A stretch of 64,000 nt of DNA, taken from assembly GCA_012295275.1 (NCBI GenBank), contig CM022672.1:23250001-23314000 (forward strand), in the 5' to 3' direction. Each line of letters begins with the position of its first letter. The first letter of the stretch is position 1. Positions 29,234-44,431 of this stretch are shown one piece after another. Under the pieces are notes generated by a model. It searched no databases. It saw only the letters and a program-made list of their open reading frames with translations, and was not told the DNA's origin. Both the position numbers and the translations under genes were made by a program. The stretch comes from Chrysomallon squamiferum. Its lineage: Eukaryota > Animalia > Mollusca.

Positions 29234-29884
29234 TTAGTAATATCTGTGGTGTCCGATACCGCCGATTCCAACGCCAGCACCAGCACCAACACCAGCACCA
29301 ACACCTAGGCCTGCTGTTCCAGTTCCCAATCCAGTGCCCAGTCCAGTGCCTAGTCCACCCACACCAAGTCCTCCCAAGCCAAGTCCTCCCAAGCCAAGTC
29401 CTCCCGTTCCAACTCCGGATCCAGCGCCCAGTCCTCCCCAACCAAGTCCCCCCAAGCCAAGTCCTCCCGTTCCAACTCCGGATCCAGCGCCCAGTCCTCC
29501 CCAACCAAGTCCTCCCAAGCCAAGTCCTCCCGTTCCAACTCCGGATCCAGCGCCCAGTCCTCCCCAACCAGGTCCTCCCCAGCCAAGTCCTCCCCAGCCA
29601 AGTCCTCCCAAGCCGTAGCCGCCGTAACCGCCCAAACCGCCGTAGCCAAGTCCCAATCCATAACCTCCATAGCCAGGTCCCCAACCGTAGGACGTTACGG
29701 GGAAGTATCCTACTCCGTAACCAGGTCCTAGACCATAGCCCCAGCCTCCGTAGCCCAAGTCAACTGCAGATCCTAAACCAAATCCGTGACCAAATACGCC
29801 CCCATGGTGGTAGTAGCCATAGCCGTAGCCGCGAGCAGCTGCCAGGGACAGGCAAGCCAAGGCAAGGATTATCAGTTTCATCAT
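29234..29884 (-). CDS. Gene 4: secreted Gly/Leu/Tyr/Trp-rich protein, 216 aa, GHHRYY tail
   Basis: Start MM at 29884; YFPVTSY; GGLG(W/L) and GAGSGVGT repeats. Predicted introns 30616-29893 and 29233-28780; AATAAA (tttatt) at 28674-28679. Confidence 0.93.
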   Translation of the reverse strand: MMKLIILALACLSLAAARGYGYGYYHHGGVFGHGFGLGSAVDLGYGGWGYGLGPGYGVGYFPVTSYGWGPGYGGYGLGLGYGGLGGYGGYGLGGLGWGGLGWGGPGWGGLGAGSGVGTGGLGLGGLGWGGLGAGSGVGTGGLGLGGLGWGGLGAGSGVGTGGLGLGGLGLGGLGVGGLGTGLGTGLGTGTAGLGVGAGVGAGAGVGIGGIGHHRYY

Positions 29885-30227
29885 TTTGAAGGCTGGAATT
29901 AAAAATATAAATAAGGAATTTTGAAACTTAAGGAAGTTTTTGTTTTCGTTCATATTATTATAGAAGTCACAAAAAAAATCTTGATATCTGTTTTGATTCT
30001 AGTTTAGTTACACGATTTCGAAATATGGTTATCTCTAAAGTAACATGATGTTCAGATAGGAGTGAGTAAAAATTAACGTGCTAGTCAGAGAAAGCTGTAG
30101 TTTTCACTCTCTCTCGGACTAACATGTTCAGGACTTTTGTGTGATATAAAAAAAATGTGAACTAAATGTCGTCACACCTCCATTACGTATAATGGTCTGA
30201 TATTTAGATCCTGTGAGAGATAGATAA

Positions 30228-30339
<112 letters not shown>

Positions 30340-30683
30340 CTATAATTAGTCGTTATAAGAATGGCGGTACCGAGTTTTCTATCTCGGACTAACAAGCCCA
30401 GACTAGAAGTGTTATGCTCAAACAGATAGTATTTAATCGATGTGTAGTTTATCCTGAAATCAACGTTCGACCGTTCAACGCACAAATAATTTTTAAGTAG
30501 CATAAATTAAATAAACTTTAAAGATCATTTTACAAATTAAACAGTATTACATTTAATAAATATTTTACCAAATTAGAGATGTGTTAATAGCTACAAAATA
30601 TTAAATACATACATACCTGTGGTGTGCTACTTGCAGTTATGGTAGGCTTTGCTAAGTTGCTGATTGAAACTGAACGCTCAACA

Positions 30684-30727
30684 CTTTTATAGAAGACTTT
30701 TGAAAACTTTGATGGATTTGTTCCTGT
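30684..30727 (-). promoter_or_regulatory. Gene 4 core promoter
   Basis: Reverse complement of ACAGGAACAAATCCATCAAAG...TATAAAAG (cttttata at 30684-30691). Confidence 0.8.
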
Positions 30728-33133
30728 CTGTAAATTTTAAAAATAAACATTCGACTGCAATTTTTTCTTTCAAAAAATGAGTGATCTTCACCAAATTCTT
30801 TGACTTTCCATTCGTTACAAACTCCCGAGGGTTTTCCAGAATTATAAATTTAATTACTTTTTTGTTCAGTATGTCAGAATTCTGATATTTAACATTTTTA
30901 ATGATTAATTGCCTATTCTGGCTGAAAAGACAATTTATCTTTAGGCTGTTTCCATTATTTCGAAAAAGCTGATTTCTTAAGTGACAGAATCAACAAAATT
31001 TTCGATGATGCCGTAACACGTGACTGTGAATCTTCTTCAGCTCTCCTTGACAATGTCTTTGTTAATATTAATATTTTTTCTAAAACAAAATCTTGTGGCA
31101 GTAATGAACCAATGTAATAAGTATCTTTCTTCCAGAAAACAATTATATTGTACTGAATGACAATATAATTTCTTAGATGTGATTGCATGTTTACTCATTA
31201 TTAATATTCTGTACATATGTTTCTGTGCAATTATAAGTGTATCTAACATTCTATTAAGTTTGTCTATTACCTGAATTTGTGAGTATATTATGTAATATAT
31301 ATCTTGATATATGTAATATTAGAATGCTTTATATATATAGCACAAATATTTGATTATGAAAGTGTTATTTTTCATTCTTTGTGCGTGTCTATTGTTAAAA
31401 TATCATTTGTGTTAATGTTTTAAATATATTACCAAATGGACTTATTTTACTGTTCTTTATTCACAAACATTTTAAAATGTACAAAAGTAAATATTAATAT
31501 ACAATAAATACATATATAAATATAAATTTATATTTGTAGACCATTTGTATGATGCATTAAAAATTTTAACTAACGTTTCTAAATTCGGCTGTCCTCTTTT
31601 ATAACGTTGTTAATAAATTTAATGAAGAACTTGCAACAAATTTTCTTGTGTTTCAAAAATATCTCACAGACGTCTTGTTGAATGCAGCATTATATGAACA
31701 CATTTGATGCGAAGCCAACGATTGGGTATCGACTTTTCTTGGTTCTAACCTTTGTGAAATATCATAATAATCTATACAAATGAAAGAAATGCGTGTGTGT
31801 ATGTGTGTTTTAAGCGGCGGTGAACATGACGATCGTTAGAACTATGTTTGGGACTCTGTGATCATTTTGGCAACATCCACACCAGTAACTGTCTATCGTC
31901 TTTGATTAATCAGCTTTAACGAGCTTGTTCAATTTATGTTGTTTTTAAAATAAAGTAACGTCATGTGAAAAGAATAACGTTGCAAAAGAGTGCTTCTTAG
32001 TCTACTTTCGACAAAAAAATTTAACATTTCGCTGAGAAAAAAGTGTAATTAAGAACAGTAAGAAAAATAAATTAAGAGGAGAAATATTAATTTTTGTCGT
32101 TTTTAAATTTTATCCTTTGACACAGAATTAACTGGAAACAGGATTCAAATATTATGTTTATGACTTTAAAATATTTTAAATCTGTATAAATGTTTCTCTC
32201 ATAGTCGAAGTAATGAAGAGAAGCTACTAAGCTCATGTAAAATAAATTAATTAAATAATCAAATTAAATAGTTCTAACCATGCTTCAGTGTTGTTTATTA
32301 CTTATATTCGCGTCAGTCATACGTTTTTTTTAATGAATACTCCTTGAAAAGAAAGTTGTATCTGTCACTTCATCTCTTGTAAAATGTATATTTTAAAATG
32401 TTTGTGAATAAAAAACAGTAAAACATGTCCATTTAAAAATATATTTAAAACATTAACAAAAATGAAATTTTAACAAGACACGCACACAGAGTGAAATATA
32501 AAACTTTCATAATCAAATATTTGTATATATATATATTTGATTATGAAAGTGTTATCAAGATATATATTACATAATACACTCACAAATTCAGGTAATAGAC
32601 AAACTTAATAGAATGTCAGATACATTTATAATTGCACAGAAACATATGTACAGAATATTAATAATGAGTAAATATTACATTTAAGAACTTATATTGTCAT
32701 TCACTTCAACATAATTGTTTTCTTGTATAAAGATACTTATTACACGGGTTCATTACTTCTACAAGATTTTGTTTTAGATAAAAATATTAATAATATTAAC
32801 GAAGACATTGTCAAGGAGAGCTGAAGGAGATTCATAGTCACGTACTACCGCATCATCGAAAATTTTGTGAATTCTGTCACTTAAGAAATCAGTTTTTTCG
32901 AAATAATAGAAACAGCCTAAAGATAAATTGTCTTTTCATCCAGAAAAGGCAATTAATCATTAAAAATGTTAAATATCAGAATTCTGACATACTGAACAAA
33001 AAAGTAATTAAATATATAATTCAGGGAAATCGTCGATAATGTTTAACGAATGAAAAGTCAAAGAATTTGATGAAAATCACTCATTTTTTGAAAGAAAAAA
33101 TTGCAGTCGCATGATTATTTTTAAAATTTACAG

Positions 33134-33177
33134 ACAGGAACAAATCCATCAAAGTTTTCAAAAGTCTTCTATAAAAG
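33134..33177 (+). promoter_or_regulatory. Gene 5 core promoter
   Basis: ACAGGAACAAATCCATCAAAG, TATAAAAG at 33170, donor CAG|GTATGT at 33245. Confidence 0.8.
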
Positions 33178-33466
33178 TGTTGAGCGTTCAGTTTCAATCA
33201 GCAAGTTAGCAAAGCCTACCATAACTGCAAGTAGCACACCACAGGTATGTATGTCTTTAATATTTTGTAGCTATTAACAAATCTCTAATTTGGTAAAATA
33301 TTTATTAAATGTAATGCTGTTTAATTTGTGAAATGATCTATAAAGTTTATTTAATTTATGCTAATTAAACATTATTTGTGTGTTGAACGGTCGAACGTTG
33401 ATTTCAGGATAAACTAAATATTAATTAAATACTATCTGTTTGAATATAACACTTCTAGTCTGGGAT

Positions 33467-33900
<434 letters not shown>

Positions 33901-33953
33901 TAACAACATGGTTTCAAAATTCCTTATTTATATTTTTAATTCCAGCCTTCAAA

Positions 33954-34604
33954 ATGATGAAACTGATAATCCTTGCCTTGGCTTGCCTGTCCCTGGCAGC
34001 TGCTCGCGGCTACGGCTATGGCTACTACCACCATGGGGGCGTATTTGGTCACGGATTTGGTTTAGGATCTGCAGTTGACTTGGGCTACGGAGGCTGGGGC
34101 TATGGTCTAGGACCTGGTTACGGAGTAGGATACTTCCCCGTAACGTCCTACGGTTGGGGACCTGGCTATGGAGGTTATGGATTGGGACTTGGCTACGGCG
34201 GTTTGGGCGGTTACGGCGGCTACGGCTTGGGAGGACTTGGCTGGGGAGGACTTGGCTGGGGAGGACCTGGTTGGGGAGGACTGGGCGCTGGATCCGGAGT
34301 TGGAACGGGAGGACTTGGCTTGGGAGGACTTGGTTGGGGAGGACTGGGCGCTGGATCCGGAGTTGGAACGGGAGGACTTGGCTGGGGAGGACTGGGCGCT
34401 GGATCCGGAGTTGGAACGGGAGGACTTGGCTTGGGAGGACTTGGCTTGGGAGGACTTGGCTTGGGAGGACTTGGTGTGGGTGGACTAGGCACTGGACTGG
34501 GCACTGGATTGGGAACTGGAACAGCAGGCCTAGGTGTTGGTGCTGGTGTTGGTGCTGGTGCTGGCGTTGGAATCGGCGGTATCGGACACCACAGATATTA
34601 CTAA
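33954..34604 (+). CDS. Gene 5: secreted Gly/Leu/Tyr/Trp-rich protein, 216 aa, near-identical to gene 4
   Basis: Same signal peptide and motifs as gene 4. Predicted introns 33245-33945 and 34605-35078; AATAAA at 35179. Confidence 0.93.
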   Translation: MMKLIILALACLSLAAARGYGYGYYHHGGVFGHGFGLGSAVDLGYGGWGYGLGPGYGVGYFPVTSYGWGPGYGGYGLGLGYGGLGGYGGYGLGGLGWGGLGWGGPGWGGLGAGSGVGTGGLGLGGLGWGGLGAGSGVGTGGLGWGGLGAGSGVGTGGLGLGGLGLGGLGLGGLGVGGLGTGLGTGLGTGTAGLGVGAGVGAGAGVGIGGIGHHRYY

Positions 34605-34692
34605 GTAAATATGATAATTTTCAGTCATTACTCTATTTTTATTCAGATTTGTTTAGGAAAAAAATCTAAATGAACACTTATAAGAAAGAAAG

Positions 34693-34750
<58 letters not shown>

Positions 34751-34907
34751 ACATGCACACATACATACATACAGAGAGACACAAAAGGAAACACACTCAG
34801 ATAAAGAACAAACATAAAAAGGAACAATAACAATTCTAAGATATCTTTTCCTTAATATTAATAATGATGCTTCTGATGATTGTGCTACCAATAAGAATAA
34901 GAATAAG

Positions 34908-34946
<39 letters not shown>

Positions 34947-35744
34947 AATAATAATAATAATAAAGACAATATAGACTAATTAGATTTATATTCTTTATTC
35001 CATTCTCTCAAAGCAAAATGTCGTAGAAACAAAATGTCAAGGTATATATGTATATAAATGTTTGTCTCTTTTGTACAGGTCATTCCTGAAAATTGAACAT
35101 TTCCGCTGGTGAAAATGGATCCATCCTTTACGGTTTTTGGACTTTGTAAAACTGTCAGTTTGTGTAAACGTTTACATGAATAAAATTTGCATCGTAAAAT
35201 ATTTGTCAGTTACTATTTATTTATTTATTTATTTATATATGTTTTATTTTTTTTTTTTTATCGTAAACAGATCGTTGATTATTACAACAAACAGAGAAAC
35301 TGTGATTTGTTATCAGAAATATGACAGAGTTGTCAGCTACGCTGAATTTATCAGGAAAATGTATAATCGCTGTCTGGAAAGGAAGGAAAATTGTCAAATT
35401 TATTGCGTAATTTATCTCTTCTGATATGAAGGTCAAGCTGTGGCTTAATAGACACAACACGGACCAACACACGCAGGTCGCAGGATCAAAACTCAATAGT
35501 GCACCTACTAGACCATACCTCATCAGTGGTTTGTCAAAGGTCTTTGTGAGTATTTTCCTCTATATGGAAGATTATATAAAGAAGTTTTTTTTTTCTCCTT
35601 AACGAGAAAAGTAGCCTAGGAACAAGTTTCCTCTTTGAACTCTACAAAAAAGTAAAAGTAAATCATAATCATATGTTATTTATTGTATTTATTAACGTTT
35701 CACATGACAATAAAAGATAGTAGAGATATTTAGAAAGAAATTTA

Positions 35745-35841
<97 letters not shown>

Positions 35842-36986
35842 GTAATTACATTTGTGTAAAATATTGACTTTAGAACTAAAATGAAACCAAATTTCATAAA
35901 AAATGATTAATAAGAAAAAAGGTTGTGTATTTACGATAATAATACTAATAATAAATATAAAAATAAACAAATAGGTAATAAAAACAAAACATAACCTTAC
36001 ATAAGAAGGCTTTCAAATTTTATAAATAAGGTTTAACCTCACTGTGGCTACTGTCTGTAGGGATTAGTAAGGGATTAAGTGATACGGCTGAATGCTTCAG
36101 TGGCTGTAGACAGTGTCATTAAAGTGAACACTTACTCCAAATCGAATAGGATATCGACTTTTCTTGGTTCTAACCTCTGTGAAATTTTATTACAATCTAT
36201 ATAGATAAAAGAAATGTGTGTATGTCTGTGTCCGTATGAGTGGGTGTATGTGCGTGTGTGTTTGTGTATGTTTTAAACGGAGGTGAACATGACAGTGATT
36301 AGAACTGTGATTGACACGATGATGACCACTATGTTGGCAATATCGATATCAGTAACTTTCTATTGTCTTTGGTTAATAACTTTAACGAGCTTGTACAATT
36401 TATGTTATTTTAATACAGTAACGTCGTACGAAAAGAGTAACGTTGCAAAAGTGTGCATCTTAGTCTATTTTCGACCAAAAAAATTTAAACATTTACCTGA
36501 GTGAAAAGTGTAATTCAGATCAGTAAGAAAAATAAAATATAGGAGAGATGTTAATTATTGCGTTTTTTAAATTTTATCCTTTGACTAAAAATTAACTGGA
36601 AATAGATTACAAATATATTTATGACTAAAACTATTTTAAATCTGAGTAAATGTTTCTCTCATGGTCGAAGTAATGAAGCGCAGCCATTAAGCGTAAGCAA
36701 ATTAATTAAATAATCAAATTAAATAGTTCTAACCATGCTCCAGTGCTGTTTATTATTACTATTAGCGTCAATCATACATTATTTTAATGAATGCTACGTG
36801 AAAAGAAAGTTGTATCTGTCACTTCATCTCTTGTAAAATGCACATTTTAAAATGTTTGTGAATAAAGAACAACAAAACATATCCATTTAATAATATATTT
36901 AAAACATTAACACAAATGAAAATATAATAATAGACACGCACACGTAGTGAAACATAAAATACTTTCATGATTAAATATTTGTGTTT

Positions 36987-37021
<35 letters not shown>

Positions 37022-37023
37022 AT

Positions 37024-37059
<36 letters not shown>

Positions 37060-37665
37060 GTAGATAGATAGATAGATAGATAAATATATACAGATATATA
37101 CTAAGTATTCTAAAATTACATATATCAAGAGATGTATAATATAATACACTCACAAATTCAGGTAATAGACAAACTTAAATGAATTCCAGATACACAGAAT
37201 TTTTGCACAGAAACACATACACACATATAGAATATTAAACATGCAATTATATCATTCAGTACAATGTATCCTTTTTTTGTATAAAGATACTTATTATATG
37301 TATTAGTTCATTACTACCACAAGATTTTGTTTTAGATAAAAATATTAATAATGTTATCGAGAATATGAAGATATTGTCAAGAAGATCTGAAGGAGATTTA
37401 TAGTCGCGTATTACGGCATCATCGAAAATTTTGTGCATTGCGTCATTTAAAAAATCAATTTTTTAGAAATAATCTAAACAGCCTAAAGATAAATTGTCTT
37501 TTCATCCAGAATGGGCAATTAATCACTATAAATGTAAAATAGCAGATTTTGACATGTTTAACAAAAAATATTCAATTTAGAATCGTGGGAAACCAATTCT
37601 GTGAAATTCACTCATTTTGGGAAAGAAAAAATTGCAGTCGCATGATTATTTTCAAAATGTACACA

Positions 37666-37708
37666 CCGGAACTAATCCATCAAAGTTTTCAAAAGTCTGC
37701 TATAAAAG
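37666..37708 (+). promoter_or_regulatory. Gene 6 core promoter
   Basis: CCGGAACTAATCCATCAAAG, TATAAAAG at 37701, donor CAG|GTATGT at 37778. Confidence 0.8.
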
Positions 37709-38105
37709 TGTTGAGAGTTGAGGTTCAGCACAGCCAAGTTAGCAAAGACTGCCATAACTACAAATAGCAGACCACAGGTATGTATGTCTTTAATATTGTA
37801 TAGCCATTAACAAAATCTATAATTTGGTAAAATATTTATTAAGTATAACAACAGTTTTATTTGTAAAATGATCTTTAAAATTTATTTTATTTATGTTACT
37901 TAAAAAGTATTTTTGCGTTGAGCGTTGATTTAAGGATAAACTAAATATTAATTAAATACTATTTGCTTGAGCATAGCACTGGTAGTTTGGGCTTGTTAGT
38001 CCGAGATAGAAAACTCGATACAGCCATTCTGATAACGACTAATTAACAACATAGTTTCAAAATTCCCTATTTATATTTTTAATTCCAGCCTTCAAAACCT
38101 TCAAA

Positions 38106-38477
38106 ATGATGAAACTCATAATCCTCGCCTTGGCTTGCCTGTCCATGGCAGCTGCCATGGGCTTCCATCATGGCTACGGCCATGGAGGATATGGTTCTGG
38201 CTGGGGCTACGGAGGCTGGGGCTATGGTCTTGGAGCCGGTTACGGAGTGGGATACGCCCCCGTAATGTCCTACGGTTGGGGACCTAGCTATGGAGGTTAT
38301 GGATTGGGACTTGGCTACGGCGGTTTCGGCGGCTACCACGGCTACGGCTTGGGAGGACTTGGCTGGGGAGGACTGGGTGGTGGCGTAGGTGTTGGTGTTG
38401 GTGTTGGTGTTGGCGTTGGAGTCGGCGCTGGAATCGGCGCTGGAATCGGCGGTATTGGACACCATGGATATTATTAA
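38106..38477 (+). CDS. Gene 6: secreted Gly/Tyr/His-containing protein, 123 aa, GHHGYY tail; closest to gene 3
   Basis: Signal MMKLIILALACLSMAAA, YAPVMSY, (GV)n block. Predicted introns 37778-38088 and 38478-38893; AATAAA at 38995. Confidence 0.93.
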   Translation: MMKLIILALACLSMAAAMGFHHGYGHGGYGSGWGYGGWGYGLGAGYGVGYAPVMSYGWGPSYGGYGLGLGYGGFGGYHGYGLGGLGWGGLGGGVGVGVGVGVGVGVGAGIGAGIGGIGHHGYY

Positions 38478-38711
38478 GTAAATATGATAATTTTCAGTCA
38501 TTATTCTATTTTCATTCAGATTTGTTTAGGAAAAAAAAGGATAAATTAACACTTAGAAGAAAAAAATGAAAGAAGCAGACACACATACAAAAGGAAATAC
38601 ATGCTCAGAAAAAGAACAAATCTTCAAACCACATTAAAAATTCCAAGATATCTTTTCCTTAAGAGTCATAATGATACTGCTGATGAAGATGATAATAATA
38701 ACAATAACATT

Positions 38712-38750
<39 letters not shown>

Positions 38751-39439
38751 GCAACGACAACAACAACAAAAATCATAATGACAGTATACGCTGATTAGAT
38801 TTATATTCTTTATTCCATTCCCTGAAAACAAAATGTCATAAAAACAAAATGTCTAGGTATATATATATATAAATATATGTCTCTTTTGTACAGATAATTC
38901 CGGAAAAACTCAACACTTCCGCTGGTGAAAACAAATTCAAACGTTACGGTTTTTGGACTATGATAAACTCTCAGTTTGTGTAAACGTTTACATGAATAAA
39001 ATTTGCTTTGCAAAATATTTGTCAGTTACTATTTATTTATTTATATATTTTTGAATTTTTGATCGTAAACAGATCGCTGATTATTACATGACAGTAAAAG
39101 GTAGTACATCTGTTTAAAAAGATATTTAAAAAAAAAGTTATATTTGTGTAAAACATTCATTTTAGAACTGAAACGAAAACACATTTCATAAAAAAAAAAA
39201 AATTAATAAGAAGAAGGTCGTTTATTTACGATAACAATACTGAATATAAAAATAAATAAATAGGTAACAAAAACTAAACACAACCTGAAATAAAAGGCTC
39301 TCGCGTCTTTCAAACTTTATAAACAAAATGTGTGCTATTAAACGTTGTGCTTTGTCATTCATTATTAAACTTAATTATTCATTACGAGACAAAATTTGAT
39401 AATATTCATAAAAAGAATTCACATGTTCGTTTAAAACAT

Positions 39440-39655
39440 ATGTAATATCATCGAAGATACGGCAAAATAATAAAAAGTGCAGTTATTTTCAACCCGATCC
39501 TTACTAAAAGGACAGACATGTTGTGTTAAAGCAACAGCTGGCCTGTTATATTTTCCTGTTTCAACATTTAAAGGGAGGCTACCAGCTGTAAATTCGGATA
39601 AAAGCTTTATATGTGGTCTGAGAATAATTATTTGAGTAAATAATTCAGGATACAA
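39440..39655 (-). mobile_element. LINE ORF2 C-terminal relic (degenerate CCHC region)
   Basis: LLSEFTAGSLPLNVETGKYNRP...HVCPFSKDRVEN resembles the 'L.KFR.G.LPL.IETGRY...R.C..C...VE.E.H' pattern of CR1/L2-group LINEs. Confidence 0.7.
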
Positions 39656-40888
39656 TATTTAAAAACATTATCCATAAAATCTTAATTTATTACTCCGTAA
39701 CTGATTTTTGTCGTTCCATAAAACGTTATAAAAGTCTTACTCGTCGTTTCTATTTAAAATGACTTTGGCTGGGTTCGATAAACACACATGCACTGATTTC
39801 TGGGTTTTTTTCCGACAGCTGTTAATTAGTGTTTAAGAAAAATGTATCTTACTGATCATCTCAGATGCTGATTTAATGTTCGAACTGTTAATTAGACCAA
39901 TAAAACAAAACTATAAATAAAACTGAATTTAAAGTGTAAAGGAAATAACAAGTCAGTATATATATCTAATGACATGTGAACAAGTTATAATACTAAATGT
40001 TTACAATATTTACGCAGTGAAGTTAGAGAAACGAATAAAATAAGGTGTTGTTGTAATATGAAAAATAGTCCAAGAGAGATAACTCGGTTGAAAGTTATAC
40101 GTTAAGATTTTGTTTTCGTTTTAAAACAGTGAGTTATTATAATATTTATAACACAGAATTTTATCAGTGACCTATGTCTAGATATAGAAATAATATGCAA
40201 AGTCGAACATAAGTATATCGATAAAAAATTTCATAAAAAAAATAAATAAAAATAATAATTACAAGAAGAACATTGAATCCGCCAACTAAAAAAAAAAAAA
40301 AAAAAAAAAAAAAACGCCAAACGAAAAAAACATAAAAACAACCCCTCCAAAAAAAAAAAGTAAAAACAAACAAAACTAAACACACAAACGAACCATTCAA
40401 AACAATTATATTCAAAAATAATATATATTTTTTTAAGATATAAATTTTTTTTTTCTGAAATAATAATATAATTTTGTGCATAAAAAAATATATACATATA
40501 CATACATAAATGCATACACACCCATACATACACACACACAGATAAACACACACATTGTGATGAATTATATACAAGGACGAATGCCTATAGTCATACATAA
40601 ATTTTAATATGCATTAATAAACATAAACAGAAAATGCTACACACATTTACATTCGAACGTAAACATATGCACAGGTACGTACATAGTGACACGCACCCAG
40701 AAACACACGTATACACAACACTGAAAGTATTAATGGCAGTATTGAAAATGTTAATGGTAGTACTCATAAAGTTTCATAGATACAGTAAAATTTGACTGAC
40801 ATTCGACAGCTCATTCTAGCACTAACTGATCATATCAACTTTTATCAGTATGTGATCTAGTCCGTTTATTGTTTATTTGTGGTTAAAG

Positions 40889-40924
<36 letters not shown>

Positions 40925-40974
40925 TATTTTTTTTTTTTATAAATTAAAAAATAAAAGTATATATATATATATAA

Positions 40975-41240
40975 TTTTTTTTTCCGTTTTTCGTTCGATT
41001 GTTGACTACAAGTCAACGCCAGTAGTAACTAGATCACTTCTTGTGCCATTCAGCTTCTTCTGAGGAGTTGTTGTAGTTGTTTAGGTAGTCAGATGCTGTA
41101 TGTTTGAGCAGTTTTCGAAGACATGTTCAGTCGTCTGTTCTGCTCATCCAGAGGAGCACATGGAAGAAGATAGCAGCCGGAACTTTTATGCATATGCTTG
41201 TCGTGTCCAGTCCTTAATAGGAAAAATAATAACTTTTTCA
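40975..41240 (-). mobile_element. 5'-truncated LINE 3' end (I/Ingi-like zinc-knuckle region) with A-rich tail
   Basis: Minus-strand translation with frameshift/stop gives IFLLRTGH...HMHK...SSMCSSG*AEQTTEHVFENCS, resembling 'LRTGH...CPCG...QT.EH.L..CP'. Absent from the paralogous position near 51100. Confidence 0.7.
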
Positions 41241-42914
41241 TTAAGGGACAGCAACTGCTTTATATAAAATCACTGATTTTAAGAATACTTTGAAGCAAAT
41301 ACATTGGTCTTAATTTTCATTGTTATAAAGAAAAATTAATACATATGTGACTTCTATTTTTTTTTGGTTTTCATATCCAGTATTATTTTTCTATGATTAT
41401 GTGTATTTTAGAGAAAGTAACATACCTGGTCTTATAAAAATTGCAACAGCAATGAAAATACAAACAAACAAACTGAAAAACTGACTAAACAGTTAGCTAA
41501 CTAACGATCTAATTAACCAACAAACAATCGAAAAAAACCAACAAAAAATCATGTAAAATATATAGAAATATAGCTGGCCATATGAAACCTGTTTACTCTC
41601 CACTAAAGAAAAAAAAAAGTAATAATAAAATATCAAAATAAATTTAAAAAAATATATATATATTAATAATAATAATTAAAATAAAATAAAATAAATAAAG
41701 TAAATAAATGAATAAATAATAAAATAAAATAAAATAAAAAAATATAAAAAAAACATACAAAATAAAAAAAACATAAAAAAAACAAGAAACAAACAAACAA
41801 AACGTGACAATGCTGCAGAATTTGTAATTTATATAATCTGTAAACAGTTTACAACGCAGATGACGACAGTCTATAAATACACAAACCTCTCAGTTATTTA
41901 CAGCTAAAATTAATCAGTTAATCAGTTATATGCGGTGCCGGTCGAAGGAAGCCTGTCTAGGCATTTTGTTGCTAAATATCCTGTTTTAAGTTTACTGACA
42001 TGCTTACTTGATTTTGACAAATGATATGCCGAAGGGTTTGTGCGCAGTTTACCAAGAAAGAAATCCCGGCCAAAGAACCAGATAAAGTAAAAAATATATA
42101 CCACCAAAATAACAATTAAAAATAAAAAAAGAACAAAGGAATGGAGGGGAAAAAAAGAGAATGAAACCCAGAAAACAAAAGAAAACAAACAAAAATTAAA
42201 TAGAACAAAAAACAAAAACAAAAAGAACCCAACAACAACAACAAAAACCCCAATAAAAAACACAAACAATATTAAATAGAAAAAAAAAGAAGAAAAAAAG
42301 TTAATATACAAAATAAATAAATACAAAACAAAGGGAGTCAACTAATAATTATACCAAAGGCAACACGCACAGAACAACGTGATGAATAACTATTATAATA
42401 TTCTAATTTGCACAAGATTTTCAATTGTTCAGAATTTCTATTATGGCTCATTCATTGAATCTTTTATACGCGTAATATATCTATACATTAAGAGATACAT
42501 ATACGTAAATAAATATGTACATACATACATATAAATATACTTGCATACATACAAATACACATGCATATATATACGTACATATATACATACATATTACATA
42601 CAGACAGACAGATATATGTACGCAGACAACTATTTAGTTTTTATTTAATATGTTTAACATGTTTGTATATTCTGACAATGGAATTCTCTCTAAAGCCCTG
42701 TTTTTCCTAGTACAGTAATTTTCAGTTGACTAATTTTGAAATGATTATTCTGACGAATGAAAAAGCCATAGGGTTCTATTTGATTTGACATGTCTCTACC
42801 TAGTACAAGAAAACCACCCACTCGTCCTAACAAAGAAGGTGAATTTAAAAAATATAGTAACACGAATAAAAAAATCCTAAAAACCTAAACAGCAAACACA
42901 CAGATAAATAATAT

Positions 42915-42973
<59 letters not shown>

Positions 42974-43811
42974 TGATGATGATGATTCTGATGATGATTA
43001 TAATAATGTTGATGTTGGTGATGATGATGATTTAGTAATAACGGAATAAATATAAGAAACAAAGAAAAAAAAATATGATGAAAAAAAAGCAGAAGAAGAG
43101 GACGAAGATAAATAACAACAGGAAAATAAAATAATTAAAATTGTAACAAATATATCCGAAAAATTTTTTAAAGAAACATAACTAAATATCACAACAACTA
43201 CTGCTACTACTAACACAGTACAAACATATTTAACAGCTTGTCATTTTGCACGGTTATAAGATCTTTGTTCATTGATAATATGAAAGAAGAAAATCATTGT
43301 TACTACTACACTGGCTATCATCTATTATAAAAGGGTTCTGTTACTTAGACTGGAGGGAGGCTATTGGAATAACGTAAGGGGAAGAATTGTAACGTTAATA
43401 TGGACATAGTTAGGTACATTTTCACTGCTTTGTTTGTTGTTGTTTTGACAAAATATTTTATTTTAATAATGTAATATACTAATATTTTAGACAGCACCTT
43501 TATTAATCTTACTAAGTAAATTGTAGTTTTCTTACTTAATTCGGGTAAATAGTTCACCCGATAGAGAAAGAGCTAATATAAACACCATCAAGAGGACTTT
43601 TTGGATTATTAGTGTATGTCCATTATTGATATATGTCTTGGTTGCCAGGTGATTGAATTTGGAATGAGTAACAGGTATCAGGATAGGATCCCCGTAAAAT
43701 GGTGGTCTTGTAATAGCACTGTTAAAACAGTAATTAATTAACATAATAGCTTTAGGTGTTAACAAATGAACAAACGAGTTTTGGAGGAAATGATAAAATA
43801 ATGACATTCAA

Positions 43812-43861
43812 AATTAGAAACAGGAAACCAATCAATCAAAGTCAGAATTTCTTAATAAAAA
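43812..43861 (+). promoter_or_regulatory. Gene 7 core promoter (variant TATA)
   Basis: AATTAGAAACAGGAAACCAATCAATCAAAG followed by TAATAAAAA; donor CGG|GTGAGA at 43928. Confidence 0.7.
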
Positions 43862-44351
43862 TGGTGAAATATTTGATTCCTTCACCACATCTTCAGAGCC
43901 TGCGTAGCTTCAGTTACCACAACCCGGGTGAGATTATTATTTAATTATTATTGTTTTTTTAATACTTTTTTTGTATAAATCCATATTTCTTAAATATACC
44001 TTTTAGCATTTTGGAGATATGTCAAAAGTAAGAAATAGTCTCGGACACTGAAAAAAGTAAAGAATCTTTTTTGTTTTTTAATGATAAAAATTACTAAAAA
44101 AAACAACAACAACAATAAAACAATGAAACAATAATTATGTAGCAGCAGTAGTAGACGTGATAAAATGAATAGCCGTTTATAATAAGATTAAAAGAAAGAA
44201 GAAAGCTTACTAACATATACGCATAGGTATATCTGTCTGTATCTCTGTCTGTCTATCTCTATCTATCTGTCTATCTATCTATATATCTCTTTTTATCTGT
44301 TTTCTAACAACTATCTATCTATCTATCTATCTGTATCTATCTATCTGTCTA

Positions 44352-44385
<34 letters not shown>

Positions 44386-44431
44386 GATCTATCTATCTAT
44401 CTATATTATACAATTTATTCCAGCCTTCAAG

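Noticed and set aside
29334-29618. Pro-rich extensin-like ORFs (also 34220-34504, 49569-49814, 50010-50204) and Ala/Ser-rich ORFs (9382-9729, 25212-25640, 38079-38501)
   Set aside because: Antisense shadows of GGN codon repeats; no signal peptide, promoter or splice context.
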